Part shown: positions 28,295 through 37,374 of the stretch, piece after piece
How the letters are laid out: each line of letters begins with the position of its first letter
Numbering within the stretch: the first letter of the stretch is position 1
Assembly: GCA_036149055.1 (NCBI GenBank)
Contig: JAYZQJ010000227.1
Coordinates: forward strand, 32,001-96,000
Direction: 5' to 3'
Length of the DNA: 64,000 bases
DNA from: Myxococcota bacterium
Lineage (GTDB): Bacteria; Myxococcota_A; Polyangia; Polyangiales; Sandaracinaceae
Program-made: the position numbers and the translations under genes
The notes under the pieces: model-generated
Told to the model about the DNA's origin: nothing
Databases searched by the model: none
Seen by the model: the letters and a program-made list of their open reading frames with translations, nothing else

Positions 28295-29632
28295 ATGAGC
28301 GACGAACGAGGCCCCGACCCGCTCAGCCCGACCGAGCGCGCCGCGCGCATGGACGCGCCGCGACCGAAGCGCGACCTGCCGATCGCGCCCGAGCCGCCGC
28401 CGGGCAAGCGTCACCTCCCCCTGCTCGCGCCGCGGCCGAGCGACGCGCGCTACCGGCCGATCTACGCGGTCTGGGAGATCACCCTCGCCTGCGATCTCGC
28501 CTGCCGTCACTGCGGCTCGCGCGCCGGCCGGGATCGACCCGGGCAGCTCTCCACCGAGGAGTGCCTCGATCTCGTCGACCAGATGGCCGACCTCGGGGTG
28601 CAGGAGGTCAGCCTGATCGGAGGCGAGGCTTACCTGCACGACGGCTGGGTCGACATCATCCGCCGCATCCGCGAGCGCGGCATGATCGCCCTGATGACCA
28701 CCGGCGGGCGCGGGGTGACGAAGGAGCGCGCCCGGGCGGCCGCCGACGCGGGCCTCCAGAGCGTCAGCGTCTCGGTGGACGGCGTCGAAGCGACGCACGA
28801 TCGATTGCGGGGCGTGAAGGGCAGCCACCGCGCGGCCTTCGAGGCGTTCGACAACCTCCGAGAGGTCGGCATCAAGGTCAGCGCCAACACGCAGATCAAC
28901 CGGCTGAGCATGCCCGAGATGCCGCGGGTGCTCGACGACATCATCGCCGCCGGGATCCACTCCTGGCAGATCCAGCTCACCGTGGCGATGGGGCGCGCGG
29001 CCGACGAGCCGGAGATCCTGCTCCAGCCCTACGATCTCCTCGACCTCTTCCCGATGCTGGCCGACCTCAAGGCGCGCTGCGACGCGGCGAAGGTGCGGCT
29101 CTGGCCGGGGAACAACATCGGCTACTTCGGCCCCTACGAGTCGACGCTGCGCGGGACGATGCCGCGCGGGCACATGGCGTCCTGCGGCGCGGGCCGGGTC
29201 ACCCTCGGCGTCGAGGCGGACGGGGCGATCAAGGGCTGCCCCTCGCTGCCCACCGAGGCGTGGACGGGCGGGAACATCCGGGACGCCTCGCTGAAGGACA
29301 TCTGGGAGCGCTCGGCGCCGCTCCGCTACACCCGCGACCGCACGGTCGAGGATCTCTGGGGCTACTGCCGCACCTGCTACTACGCCGACGTCTGCCGCGC
29401 GGGCTGCACGTGGACCAGCTTCGTGCTCTTCGGCAAGGCGGGGAACAACCCCTACTGCCACCACCGCGCGCTCGAGCGGCAGCGCGAGGGCAAGCGCGAG
29501 CGGGTCGTCCGCAAGGCCGAGGCGCCCGGCCTGCCCTTCGACCACGGCGAGTTCGAGATCGTGCTCGAGGACGCACCTCGAACCGACGAGCCACCTGCGC
29601 TAGCATCGTCGCCGGGAGGGACCGGAACGTGA
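28295..29632 (+). CDS. radical SAM/SPASM peptide maturase, PlpX-like splicease (tyramine excision at XYG)
   Basis: WEITLACDLACRHCGSRAG (CxxxCxxC), IGGEA, TTGG, NTQINRLS, WQIQLTVAMGRAAD, PGNNIGYFGPYE, GAIKGCPSL, LWGYCRTCYYADVCRAGCTWT, GNNPYCHHRAL, GLPFDHGEFE. These match my recollection of PlpX-family motifs. Confidence 0.88.
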   Translation: MSDERGPDPLSPTERAARMDAPRPKRDLPIAPEPPPGKRHLPLLAPRPSDARYRPIYAVWEITLACDLACRHCGSRAGRDRPGQLSTEECLDLVDQMADLGVQEVSLIGGEAYLHDGWVDIIRRIRERGMIALMTTGGRGVTKERARAAADAGLQSVSVSVDGVEATHDRLRGVKGSHRAAFEAFDNLREVGIKVSANTQINRLSMPEMPRVLDDIIAAGIHSWQIQLTVAMGRAADEPEILLQPYDLLDLFPMLADLKARCDAAKVRLWPGNNIGYFGPYESTLRGTMPRGHMASCGAGRVTLGVEADGAIKGCPSLPTEAWTGGNIRDASLKDIWERSAPLRYTRDRTVEDLWGYCRTCYYADVCRAGCTWTSFVLFGKAGNNPYCHHRALERQREGKRERVVRKAEAPGLPFDHGEFEIVLEDAPRTDEPPALASSPGGTGT

Positions 29633-29979
29633 GTCACCTGCTTCCTTGCGACGGCTGCGACCGTCACGTGCGGGCCGACGAGCCCACGTGCCCGTTCTGC
29701 GGAGACAGCCTCCGCCACCGCGGCGCGCCGCAGCTCCCCGGGGCTCGCCTGGGACGCGCCGCGACCTTCGCGTTCGGCGCCGCCCTCGCGGCCGCGACCG
29801 CGAGCGGCTGCGGCGAGAGCCACGACCGGACGGACGGCGGTGAGCCGCCCGCCGACGCCGCCGAGCCGCCCGCCGACGCGGGGATCGAGCGAGACTCGGG
29901 CACGGTCGCGCCGCCGTACGGCACGCCGCCCGACGACGGAGGCTTCGCCCCCTTGTACGGTGGGGCGCCCGAAGAGTAG
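29629..29979 (+). CDS. putative spliceotide precursor 1 (116 aa): Zn-ribbon, lipoprotein signal, two PxYG cores
   Basis: GTG overlaps the rSAM stop (GTGA). Sequence: MSHLLPCDGCDRHVRADEPTCPFC...RLGRAATFAFGAALAAATASGC...VAPPYGTPPDDGGFAPLYGGAPEE. It appears only as the tail of the spurious 26539..29979 ORF. Confidence 0.85.
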   Translation: MSHLLPCDGCDRHVRADEPTCPFCGDSLRHRGAPQLPGARLGRAATFAFGAALAAATASGCGESHDRTDGGEPPADAAEPPADAGIERDSGTVAPPYGTPPDDGGFAPLYGGAPEE

Positions 29980-29990
29980 GAGACACGACC

Positions 29991-30521
29991 ATGAGCTTGC
30001 TTCCTTGTCCGGGCTGCGACCGCCACGTGCGCGCGGCCGAGAGCACCTGCCCCTTCTGCGGAGAGGTCCTGCCGATGTCGCTGCGCAGCCGCGCGGCGCC
30101 GGTCCCCACCCGCCGGCTCGGGCGCGCGGCGACCTTCGCCTTCGGCGCCGCCCTCGCGGCGAGCGCCTGCGGCGGAGAAGTCACCCCGGAGGACTCGGGC
30201 GTGCAGCAGGACTCGGGCGCTACGCCGTCGGACGGCGGCGGGGCGGACGGCGGCGGTGACGTCGACTCCGGCGCGACCCCGGACCCGGACTCCGGCGTGG
30301 TGGCCGACGCGGGCTCCGCCCCGGAGGACGCGGGGACCGAGAGCGACTCCGGCGTCGAGACCGACGCGGGCGCGGCGCCGACCGACGCGGGCGGCGTGGT
30401 CCCGGCGTACGGCGGCCCGATGCCGATCGACGGCGGCCTGACCCGGCGCGACGGTGGCCTCTCCCGGCGCGATGGTGGTGGAGTGATGCCCCTCTACGGC
30501 AGCCCGCCCCCCAGCGAATGA
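29991..30521 (+). CDS. putative spliceotide precursor 2 (176 aa): Zn-ribbon, lipoprotein signal, two PxYG cores
   Basis: AGGAG RBS. Sequence: MSLLPCPGCDRHVRAAESTCPFC...RRLGRAATFAFGAALAASAC...VVPAYGGP...VMPLYGSPPPSE. Paralog of precursor 1. Confidence 0.87.
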   Translation: MSLLPCPGCDRHVRAAESTCPFCGEVLPMSLRSRAAPVPTRRLGRAATFAFGAALAASACGGEVTPEDSGVQQDSGATPSDGGGADGGGDVDSGATPDPDSGVVADAGSAPEDAGTESDSGVETDAGAAPTDAGGVVPAYGGPMPIDGGLTRRDGGLSRRDGGGVMPLYGSPPPSE

Positions 30522-31708
30522 GGCGACTGCTCTTCGCGCTGGCGCTCCTCGGCTGCGACGGCGCCACGGTCGCCGACGGCGGGCTCGCGATCGACGGCGG
30601 CCCGGAGGTCGTGGACGCCGGTCGCGCCGACGGCGGCGTCGACGCGGGCGGCGCGACCGGAGACGCGGGCGTCGACGCGGGCGCATCGGACGACGCGGGG
30701 CGCGACGACGCGGGCGCGCCCGACGCCGGGCCGAGCGGGCCGCTCCAGCTCTACGTGGCGCCCGACGGCGACGACACCCGCGACGGCCTCTCGGAGGCGA
30801 CCGCGGTGCTCAGCCTCGGCCGGGTGCACGAGCTCCTCGAGGCGCTCCGGCCCGAGCGGGACGTCGAGGTGCGGATCGCGCCGGGCACCTACCACGGGCA
30901 GACCGTGAGCTGGCGCTATCACCACCCGGAGCGCGAGATCCGCTTCATGCCGCTCGGCGACGAGCGCGACCGCCCGGTCTTCGACGGCTGCCTCGCCGAC
31001 GGCAGCTGCCCCGGCGGGACGTGGCTGCGGCTGCGGGTCTCGAGCGGCGCCCGGACGAACCTGCACTTCCGCTACCTCCGGGTGCAGCGCTACCAGACCG
31101 CGATCAGCCTCGACGGCAACCGCAACGATCCGGCGGCGTCGAACGGGGGCAACACGATCTTCGGCTGCTACTTCGACCGGATCGGCAACGTGTTCGCGCC
31201 GTCCCTCGACCCGTCGACCGCCGCGGTGCGCCTCGTCAACAGCGACGACAACCGCATCGAGAACAACCACTTCGTCGACGTCGTGAACACCCGGAGCGGC
31301 GGCCTGATCCACGCCCTCTACGTCGCCCACCTCAGCGACCGGAACACGATCGCGCGCAACCGCTTCCTCCGGAGCACGGGCGACCCGGTGCGCCTGCGCG
31401 ACTACTCCAACGACAACGTCATCACCGACAACCGCTTCATCCGGGTCGGGACCCACGCCGGCTACACCGACTGGTACTGCGACCACGACGCGCGGACCGA
31501 CTGCACCAAGCCCACGCCCGAGTGTCCGAGCTGGAACAACCAGTTCCGCGACAACCTGCTCGATGGCGACTGGACCTGCGGCGCGCTCGGCACCTTCCAC
31601 TACTTCCAGGACGACACCACCACCGGCTGCAGCCCACCGAGCGCCGGCGCCCGGCGCCTGAGGACGAGCGGCAACGAGTCGACCGCCGCGCCGTGCTCCA
31701 TGGAGTGA
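30518..31708 (+). CDS. lipoprotein with right-handed parallel beta-helix domain
   Basis: Lipobox LLGC, DAG linker, YVAPDGDD..DG motif, Asn-ladder repeats (NRIENNHF, NTIARNRF, NVITDNRF). ATGA overlap with precursor 2. Confidence 0.8.
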   Translation: MRRLLFALALLGCDGATVADGGLAIDGGPEVVDAGRADGGVDAGGATGDAGVDAGASDDAGRDDAGAPDAGPSGPLQLYVAPDGDDTRDGLSEATAVLSLGRVHELLEALRPERDVEVRIAPGTYHGQTVSWRYHHPEREIRFMPLGDERDRPVFDGCLADGSCPGGTWLRLRVSSGARTNLHFRYLRVQRYQTAISLDGNRNDPAASNGGNTIFGCYFDRIGNVFAPSLDPSTAAVRLVNSDDNRIENNHFVDVVNTRSGGLIHALYVAHLSDRNTIARNRFLRSTGDPVRLRDYSNDNVITDNRFIRVGTHAGYTDWYCDHDARTDCTKPTPECPSWNNQFRDNLLDGDWTCGALGTFHYFQDDTTTGCSPPSAGARRLRTSGNESTAAPCSME

Positions 31709-34644
31709 AGGTGCGGTACGGTGAGCGGGTGAGAGCGCTCTCCGGGATCGCCGCGCTGCTGCTCGCCGCCTGCACCGGCGGGAGCACCGTCTACGTGGAC
31801 GTGCGCACGGACTACGTGCCGGGCATCGAGTTCGCGGAGGCGCGGGCCGAGGTCGGCGCGGCCGGCGTGCTGCGGCGGGTGGATCGCGCGGCGGCGCGCG
31901 GCGAGGACTGGGTCGCCGGCCAGCGGGTGGGCCAGGTCGACGGGCTGGGATCGGGGACACACGAGATCCTGGTCGAGCTGCGGGCGAGCGACGGCGCCCT
32001 CGTGGCCACCCAGCGCGTGGTCCGCACCCTCTCGGGCGACGCCGCCGTCACCGTCGTGATCTCACGCGACTGCGGCGACGTGAGCTGCCCCGGGCCCCTC
32101 GACGACGCGGCGGCGACGAGCTGCCGCGGCGGACGCTGCGCGCCGCCCGAGTGCACCCCGGAGACCCCCGAGCGCTGCCCGGAGCCGGCCTGCGACGACG
32201 ACACGGACTGCGACGTCGGCGTCGACTGCGTGGCCGGGGTCTGCGCCGACGGCGTGTGCTTCCGCTCGGCCCAGGACTTCCGCTGCGCCGACGGCGAGTG
32301 GTGCGACCCGGACCAGGGCTGCGCGCCCCTGCCGGGCGGGCCGACCGACGGAGGCGTGCCCCCCGACGCCGGCTGCGCGGCGACGGTGGAGACCTCCTGC
32401 GCCGACGGCGTGGACGACGACTGCGACGGCGACGTCGACTGCGCGGACGACGACTGCGACGGCCGGACCTGCGCCGCCGACTCCGTGTGCGCGGCCGGGG
32501 TCTGCGGCGGGTGCGTGCCGAGCGGCGGGGTCGACGGCTGCGGCGGCGGCGACGAGAACTGCGACGGCGAGATCGACGAGGACTGCGGCTGCGTCCCCGG
32601 CAGCTGGATCGGCGGCACGATCGACACCCCCGGCGACGTGGGCCGCTACGCCGACGTCGCGCTCGACGCGGCCGGCGGCGTGCACGTGAGCTACCGGGAC
32701 AGCAGCGCCGACGACCTGCGCTACGCCTACCACCCCCCGAGCGGCTGGTGGACGATGGAGACGCTCGACTCGGAGGGAACGGTCGGCACCCACACCGACG
32801 TCGCGGCCGAGCCCGATGGATCCCTGCACGTCGTCTTCCACGACGCGACCAACCGCGACCTCCGCTACCGGCACCGCCGGGTCGACGGCGTGTGGGAGGA
32901 GGCGGTCATCGACGCGGTGGGCAGCGTCGGGCGCTACGGCAGCGTCGCCGTCGCCGACGACGGCACCGTGCACGTGGCCTATCAGGACTACGGCGCGAAC
33001 GACCTGAAGTACGCCGTGCGGCCGCCCGGGGGGCTCTGGAGCGCGGAGACCGTCGCCGACGCGGGCACGGTGGGCCGCTACGCCTCCATCGGCGTGGACT
33101 CCGGCGGCGGGGTGCTCATCGCCTACGTCGACGACTCGACGAACGACCTGGTGGTCGCCGAGGGGAGCGCGGGCGCGTTCACCCTCACCACCGTCGACTC
33201 GGAGGGGACCGTCGGCCGCGACGCGGCGCTCGCGATCGACGGCGCGGACGGCGTGCACGTCGCCTACCGCGACGCCACCAACAACCGGCTGAAGTACGCG
33301 CGCCGCGTCGCCGGCGGAGCCTGGAGCGTCGAGGTCGTCGACGAGACCGCGAACGTGGGCGAGTACGCCTCCATCGCGGTCGGGGCCGACGGAGTCGTGC
33401 ACGTCTCCTACTTCGACACCACCAGCGACGACCTCCGGTACGCGCGCCGCGACGGCTCGGGCGCCTGGGGCCTCGAGACGGTCGAGGCCACCGGCGCGGT
33501 CGGGCAGTACACCTCGATCGGGGTCGACGGCGCGCAGGTGCACATCGCCTACCGCGACGCCTCCCGCCAGGACCTCCGGTACGCCCGCCGCGGCGCGGAC
33601 GGCCGCTGGCGCGCCGAGCCGGTCGACACGGTCGGTCGCCGCGGGGAGTGGGCGGCGCTGGCGGTCGACGGCCGGGGGCGCGTGCACGTCACCTACTGGG
33701 ACGAAGACGGGGCGGACCTGCGCTACGCCAGCCGGGGCCGCGGCGGCATCTGGGAAGCCGAGACGGTGGACACGCCGGGCAACCTGGCCGCGGGCACCGC
33801 GATCGCGATCGCGCCCGACGGGGCCGTGCACATCGCCTACCGCGACTCGAGCGCGGCCGACCTCGAGCACGCCACCCGCGCGCGCCCGACCGACCCCTTC
33901 GTGCTGACCACGGTCGACGAGATCGGCGACGTGGGCGACGAGGCCGACCTCGTGGTGGAGGCGGACGGCACGGTGCAGATCGCGCACGTCGACCGGAGCA
34001 ACCAGGACCTGCGGCTCTCGACGCTGCCGCCGGGCGGCGCGTGGAGCTCGAGCACGATCGACGCGCCGGGGAGCGTGGGGTACGGGCCGCGGATCGCGAC
34101 CGATCCGAGCGGCGGGCTGCACGTGATCTACTACGACAACGGCGCCGACGATCTGCGCTACCTCTTCCGGCCGGCCGGCGGCGCCTTCGCCAGCCCGAGC
34201 CCGGTGCTCACGACCGGGAACGTCGGGCGGCGGAGCGGCCTCGCCATCGACGGAACCGGCGGCGTGCACGTGGTGGCCTGGCGGCAGTCCGTGCAGGACC
34301 TCGAGTACGCCTTCCGCCCGTCCGGCGGCCTCTGGTCTCCGGAGACGATCGTGCAGGCGGCCGCGATCCAGGACCACGCGGACATCGCCTCCGACGCGGC
34401 CGGCAACCTCTGGGCGGTCACCTTCGACAACACCCCCGAGGTCGTCGGGATGCGCGTGGTGCCTCGCTCCGATCTCCTGCTCGCGCGCCGCCCGGTCGGC
34501 GGCGCCTGGACGGTCGAGACGCTGGACGCGACCGGCGACGTCGGCCGGTGGGCCGCGGTCGCGAGCACCCCCGACGGCTGGGTGCACGTCGTCTACTTCG
34601 AGAACGGCGCCGACGACCTCCGGCACCTCCGCTACTGCCCCTGA
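31705..34644 (+). CDS. large lipoprotein: Cys/Asp-rich metal-binding motifs plus 14 beta-propeller-type repeats
   Basis: Lipobox LAAC, CADGVDDDCDG / DENCDGEIDEDC, and 14 copies of VGxYxxIAxDxxGxVHVxYxDxxxxDLxYA. Start is GTG 31705 or 31729. Confidence 0.82.
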   Translation: MKVRYGERVRALSGIAALLLAACTGGSTVYVDVRTDYVPGIEFAEARAEVGAAGVLRRVDRAAARGEDWVAGQRVGQVDGLGSGTHEILVELRASDGALVATQRVVRTLSGDAAVTVVISRDCGDVSCPGPLDDAAATSCRGGRCAPPECTPETPERCPEPACDDDTDCDVGVDCVAGVCADGVCFRSAQDFRCADGEWCDPDQGCAPLPGGPTDGGVPPDAGCAATVETSCADGVDDDCDGDVDCADDDCDGRTCAADSVCAAGVCGGCVPSGGVDGCGGGDENCDGEIDEDCGCVPGSWIGGTIDTPGDVGRYADVALDAAGGVHVSYRDSSADDLRYAYHPPSGWWTMETLDSEGTVGTHTDVAAEPDGSLHVVFHDATNRDLRYRHRRVDGVWEEAVIDAVGSVGRYGSVAVADDGTVHVAYQDYGANDLKYAVRPPGGLWSAETVADAGTVGRYASIGVDSGGGVLIAYVDDSTNDLVVAEGSAGAFTLTTVDSEGTVGRDAALAIDGADGVHVAYRDATNNRLKYARRVAGGAWSVEVVDETANVGEYASIAVGADGVVHVSYFDTTSDDLRYARRDGSGAWGLETVEATGAVGQYTSIGVDGAQVHIAYRDASRQDLRYARRGADGRWRAEPVDTVGRRGEWAALAVDGRGRVHVTYWDEDGADLRYASRGRGGIWEAETVDTPGNLAAGTAIAIAPDGAVHIAYRDSSAADLEHATRARPTDPFVLTTVDEIGDVGDEADLVVEADGTVQIAHVDRSNQDLRLSTLPPGGAWSSSTIDAPGSVGYGPRIATDPSGGLHVIYYDNGADDLRYLFRPAGGAFASPSPVLTTGNVGRRSGLAIDGTGGVHVVAWRQSVQDLEYAFRPSGGLWSPETIVQAAAIQDHADIASDAAGNLWAVTFDNTPEVVGMRVVPRSDLLLARRPVGGAWTVETLDATGDVGRWAAVASTPDGWVHVVYFENGADDLRHLRYCP

Positions 34645-35703
34645 TCAGCGCTGCAGCAGGCGGCGGAGCGAGGAGGGCAGCGGCGGGGCGTTGCGCACCC
34701 GGGAGTCGATCGGCGTGCTGCTCAGCGTGTGCCAGTAGAGCAGGCGACGCTTGGCGAGCCCGCCCGAGGCGTGCCGCAGCACCGCGGCGAAGGTCTTGGC
34801 GGTGTAGGTGTCGTCGAGCTCGATCCCGGCGTGCTCGTGCATGAGCCGCAGCGCGCTCCGCCCGGCGCTGCTCGGGATCCCGTAGCCCTGCCCGGCCTCG
34901 CCGTGATCGATCCGCACCTGCGCGCGCGCGAGCTTCGTGACGTCCGGGAAGCGGGCGTCGAGGCGGCGGAGGTGCTTGACGGTGCGCTTCACCAGCGACG
35001 CGATCAGGGCCGGGTGGGCGAGCGAGCGCGGCACCACGCGGACGCCGTGCACCGGGGTGGTGATGCCGCCGGCCGCGAGCCCGACCGCGAGGCCGCTGAG
35101 CGTGCCTCCGGTCCCGAGCGCGACGAAGATGGCGTCCGGCTCGGGCATCTGCCCGGCCTCGAGCTGGCGCGCGAGCTCGAGCCCCGCCTCCACGTAGCCG
35201 ATCACGCCGGCGACGTTCGAGCCGCCGGGCGGGATCACGTAGGGGTGGCGCCCCCGGACCCGCAGGCTCGCGGCGAGCGCGGTCATGCGCGGCACGATCG
35301 CGGCGCCGCCACCGACCGGGTGGGCGTGCGCGCCGGCGACCTGGAGCGCCCGCAGGTTCTCCTCGGCGTGTACCCCGTAGCGCTGCGGCATCAGCACCGC
35401 GTGGGTCTGGAAGCCCAGATCCGCGCCGTACAGGGTGGTCGCGAGCGCGTGGTGAGAGCCGGCCGCCCCGGCGGTGACGAGCGTGTCCGCCTTGCGGGAG
35501 AGCGCGTCGCCGAGGAGGTACTCGAGCTTCCGCACCTTGTTGCCGCCGTAGTGCTCGGCGCTGAGATCGTCCCGCTTGATCCAGAGCTGCGCGCCCGCGT
35601 GCTTCGACAGCGCGGGCAGCCGCTCCAGCGGCGTGGGCAGCCGGCAGAGACGCACATGGGGCACGTTCCTCAGGCCGTGCCATCGATCGCTCAGGATCGT
35701 CAC
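34645..35703 (-). CDS. D-cysteine desulfhydrase/ACC deaminase family PLP enzyme
   Basis: PTPLERL, IKRDDL, GGNKVRKLEYLL, SHH, GTGGT, LDDTYTAK. Confidence 0.88.
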   Translation of the reverse strand: MTILSDRWHGLRNVPHVRLCRLPTPLERLPALSKHAGAQLWIKRDDLSAEHYGGNKVRKLEYLLGDALSRKADTLVTAGAAGSHHALATTLYGADLGFQTHAVLMPQRYGVHAEENLRALQVAGAHAHPVGGGAAIVPRMTALAASLRVRGRHPYVIPPGGSNVAGVIGYVEAGLELARQLEAGQMPEPDAIFVALGTGGTLSGLAVGLAAGGITTPVHGVRVVPRSLAHPALIASLVKRTVKHLRRLDARFPDVTKLARAQVRIDHGEAGQGYGIPSSAGRSALRLMHEHAGIELDDTYTAKTFAAVLRHASGGLAKRRLLYWHTLSSTPIDSRVRNAPPLPSSLRRLLQR

Positions 35704-35768
35704 CGTGCGGGAGGGTCGCCGCCCGCTCGCGATCCGGCAAGGGGGAACTGGACTGGCACAGCTTGGCG

Positions 35769-35783
35769 CGGCACGATCGTTGC
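35769..35783 (+). promoter_or_regulatory. putative sigma54 promoter
   Basis: CGGCACGATCGTTGC, 31 nt upstream of ATG 35815. Confidence 0.6.
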
Positions 35784-35814
35784 TCGACCACTGCTCGTGG
35801 GTGGAGAGCAGCCG

Positions 35815-37374
35815 ATGACAGAACGCAACGCGCTACGGCACCCGGCCTTCTGGGTCGCGCTCGTCGTGCTGGTGGTGAACGACCACCTGCTCAAGGGGGC
35901 GGACCTGCTCCCGGGCTGGCTGACCGGCAAGCTCAGCGACTTCGCCGGGCTGATCGTCGCGCCGCTCGCGCTGGCCGCGCTGCTGGGGGCGCGCCGCAAG
36001 GGCCTCGCCTTCGCGCTCGTGGGCGGCTGGTTCGCCGCCGCCAACCTCGTGCCCCCCGTCGCCGAGGCGACGAGCGCGCTCGCCGGGCTGGTGGGCGTCG
36101 GCTGGCACTTCGTGGTGGACCCGACCGACCTCGTCGCGCTCGCGGTGCTGCCCTTCGCGTGGCGCCTCGGCGCCGAGCGGAGCGGCCGCAGCTTCGAGCG
36201 GCTGGCGCTCGGGCTGGCCGTCGCCGCGTCGATCGCGTCGCCGACGCCGGAGCCCTTCTACAGCACCGCCGCGTACCTGGTGAACGACACCGACCGGACG
36301 CTCGAGGTGCGGGTGCGCTACGTCGACTCCTCGGTGCGCTGCGACGAGGTCCGCGAGCGCTTCGACGAGGTGCTGGCGCGCGACGCGTATCGTCCGGCCA
36401 TCCGCTTCGTCGTGGAGGCGGGCGAGGTGCTGCCCCTCGATCGCGGGATCGCGACGTCCGGCGGCGGCGGCTTCGCGGACCCGGGCCTCCCGCCCGAGCG
36501 CCCGGTGGACCCGACCACCGCGCACCAGGGCGACTGCGACCTGGTCATCCTCGGCGCCGAGGGGCTGCCGGAGACGATCGTGTTCTGGGAGGGGCTGTCG
36601 ATCCGCACCATCCCGATCGACACCACCGGGGACCGACGCCTCCAGCTCGAGGACAGCGGCCTGTTCCTGATGGACGACGCGGACGGCGGGCTGCTCGTCG
36701 ACGTGCCGGACACCCACTACGACCTCCGGCCTCCCGTCGACGTGTACGACGGGGGCGCGCGCTGCCGCGACTACGGCACGATCAGCGGCTTCGACTGGTC
36801 GAGCTTCCCGATGTGGCGCGACGCCCGGATCCGGGTGCTCGAGGTGGAGCCCACCGTCGACGGCTGCGTGTCGCTCGCGCTCGAGGACCTCGACGCCGGC
36901 GGGACCCACGAGGGTTTCCTCTGCGTGCCGCCCGAGGACTTCCCCTTCGCGCGCAACGCGGAGCTCCGGATCACGCACCAGGAAGATCGTCTGCACGTCG
37001 TGCGCGACCTCGAGACCGCCGACGGCGACGTCTGGCGGACCGGCGAGCTGACCGTCTACCGCGGCGTCGAGGGGCTCACCGATGGGCCGTTCCAGGTCAC
37101 CCTCGACACGGTCGACGACGCGTGTGTGGGCGTGCGCATGGAGTGCGGCGGCTTCCGGGTGCCGGCGGCCGCGGTGCTGGGGGTCCCCGGGGATCACACG
37201 TTCGTGCACCCGGGCGACGTGCTGGAGAGAGACGCGGCCGATGGCCGACGCGCGCGGCTCAGGGTGGGCCGAGCGGAGAGTATGTGGGCGACGCACCCCG
37301 CTTGTGGGGCGGGGCGTGACGTCCTCGGACCGCGCCTCGAGGCGCTGGTCGTGTACGGAGAGGAGAGACGATGA
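35815..37374 (+). CDS. membrane protein with a large Cys-containing extracytoplasmic domain
   Basis: LVVNDHLLK...WLTGKLSDFAGL...VDPTDLVAL membrane domain, GGAG RBS. Confidence 0.78.
   Translation: MTERNALRHPAFWVALVVLVVNDHLLKGADLLPGWLTGKLSDFAGLIVAPLALAALLGARRKGLAFALVGGWFAAANLVPPVAEATSALAGLVGVGWHFVVDPTDLVALAVLPFAWRLGAERSGRSFERLALGLAVAASIASPTPEPFYSTAAYLVNDTDRTLEVRVRYVDSSVRCDEVRERFDEVLARDAYRPAIRFVVEAGEVLPLDRGIATSGGGGFADPGLPPERPVDPTTAHQGDCDLVILGAEGLPETIVFWEGLSIRTIPIDTTGDRRLQLEDSGLFLMDDADGGLLVDVPDTHYDLRPPVDVYDGGARCRDYGTISGFDWSSFPMWRDARIRVLEVEPTVDGCVSLALEDLDAGGTHEGFLCVPPEDFPFARNAELRITHQEDRLHVVRDLETADGDVWRTGELTVYRGVEGLTDGPFQVTLDTVDDACVGVRMECGGFRVPAAAVLGVPGDHTFVHPGDVLERDAADGRRARLRVGRAESMWATHPACGAGRDVLGPRLEALVVYGEERR

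Noticed and set aside
26539..29628. 1146-aa ORF 26539..29979 as a single gene
   Set aside because: It is a shadow frame overlapping three real genes. Only the last 116 codons (from GTG 29629) look like a real protein.
31705..34644. YG dipeptides in the propeller lipoprotein as extra splicease sites
   Set aside because: RYG, DYG and GYG lack the P-x-Y-G-x-x-P context and mostly lie within folded repeats.
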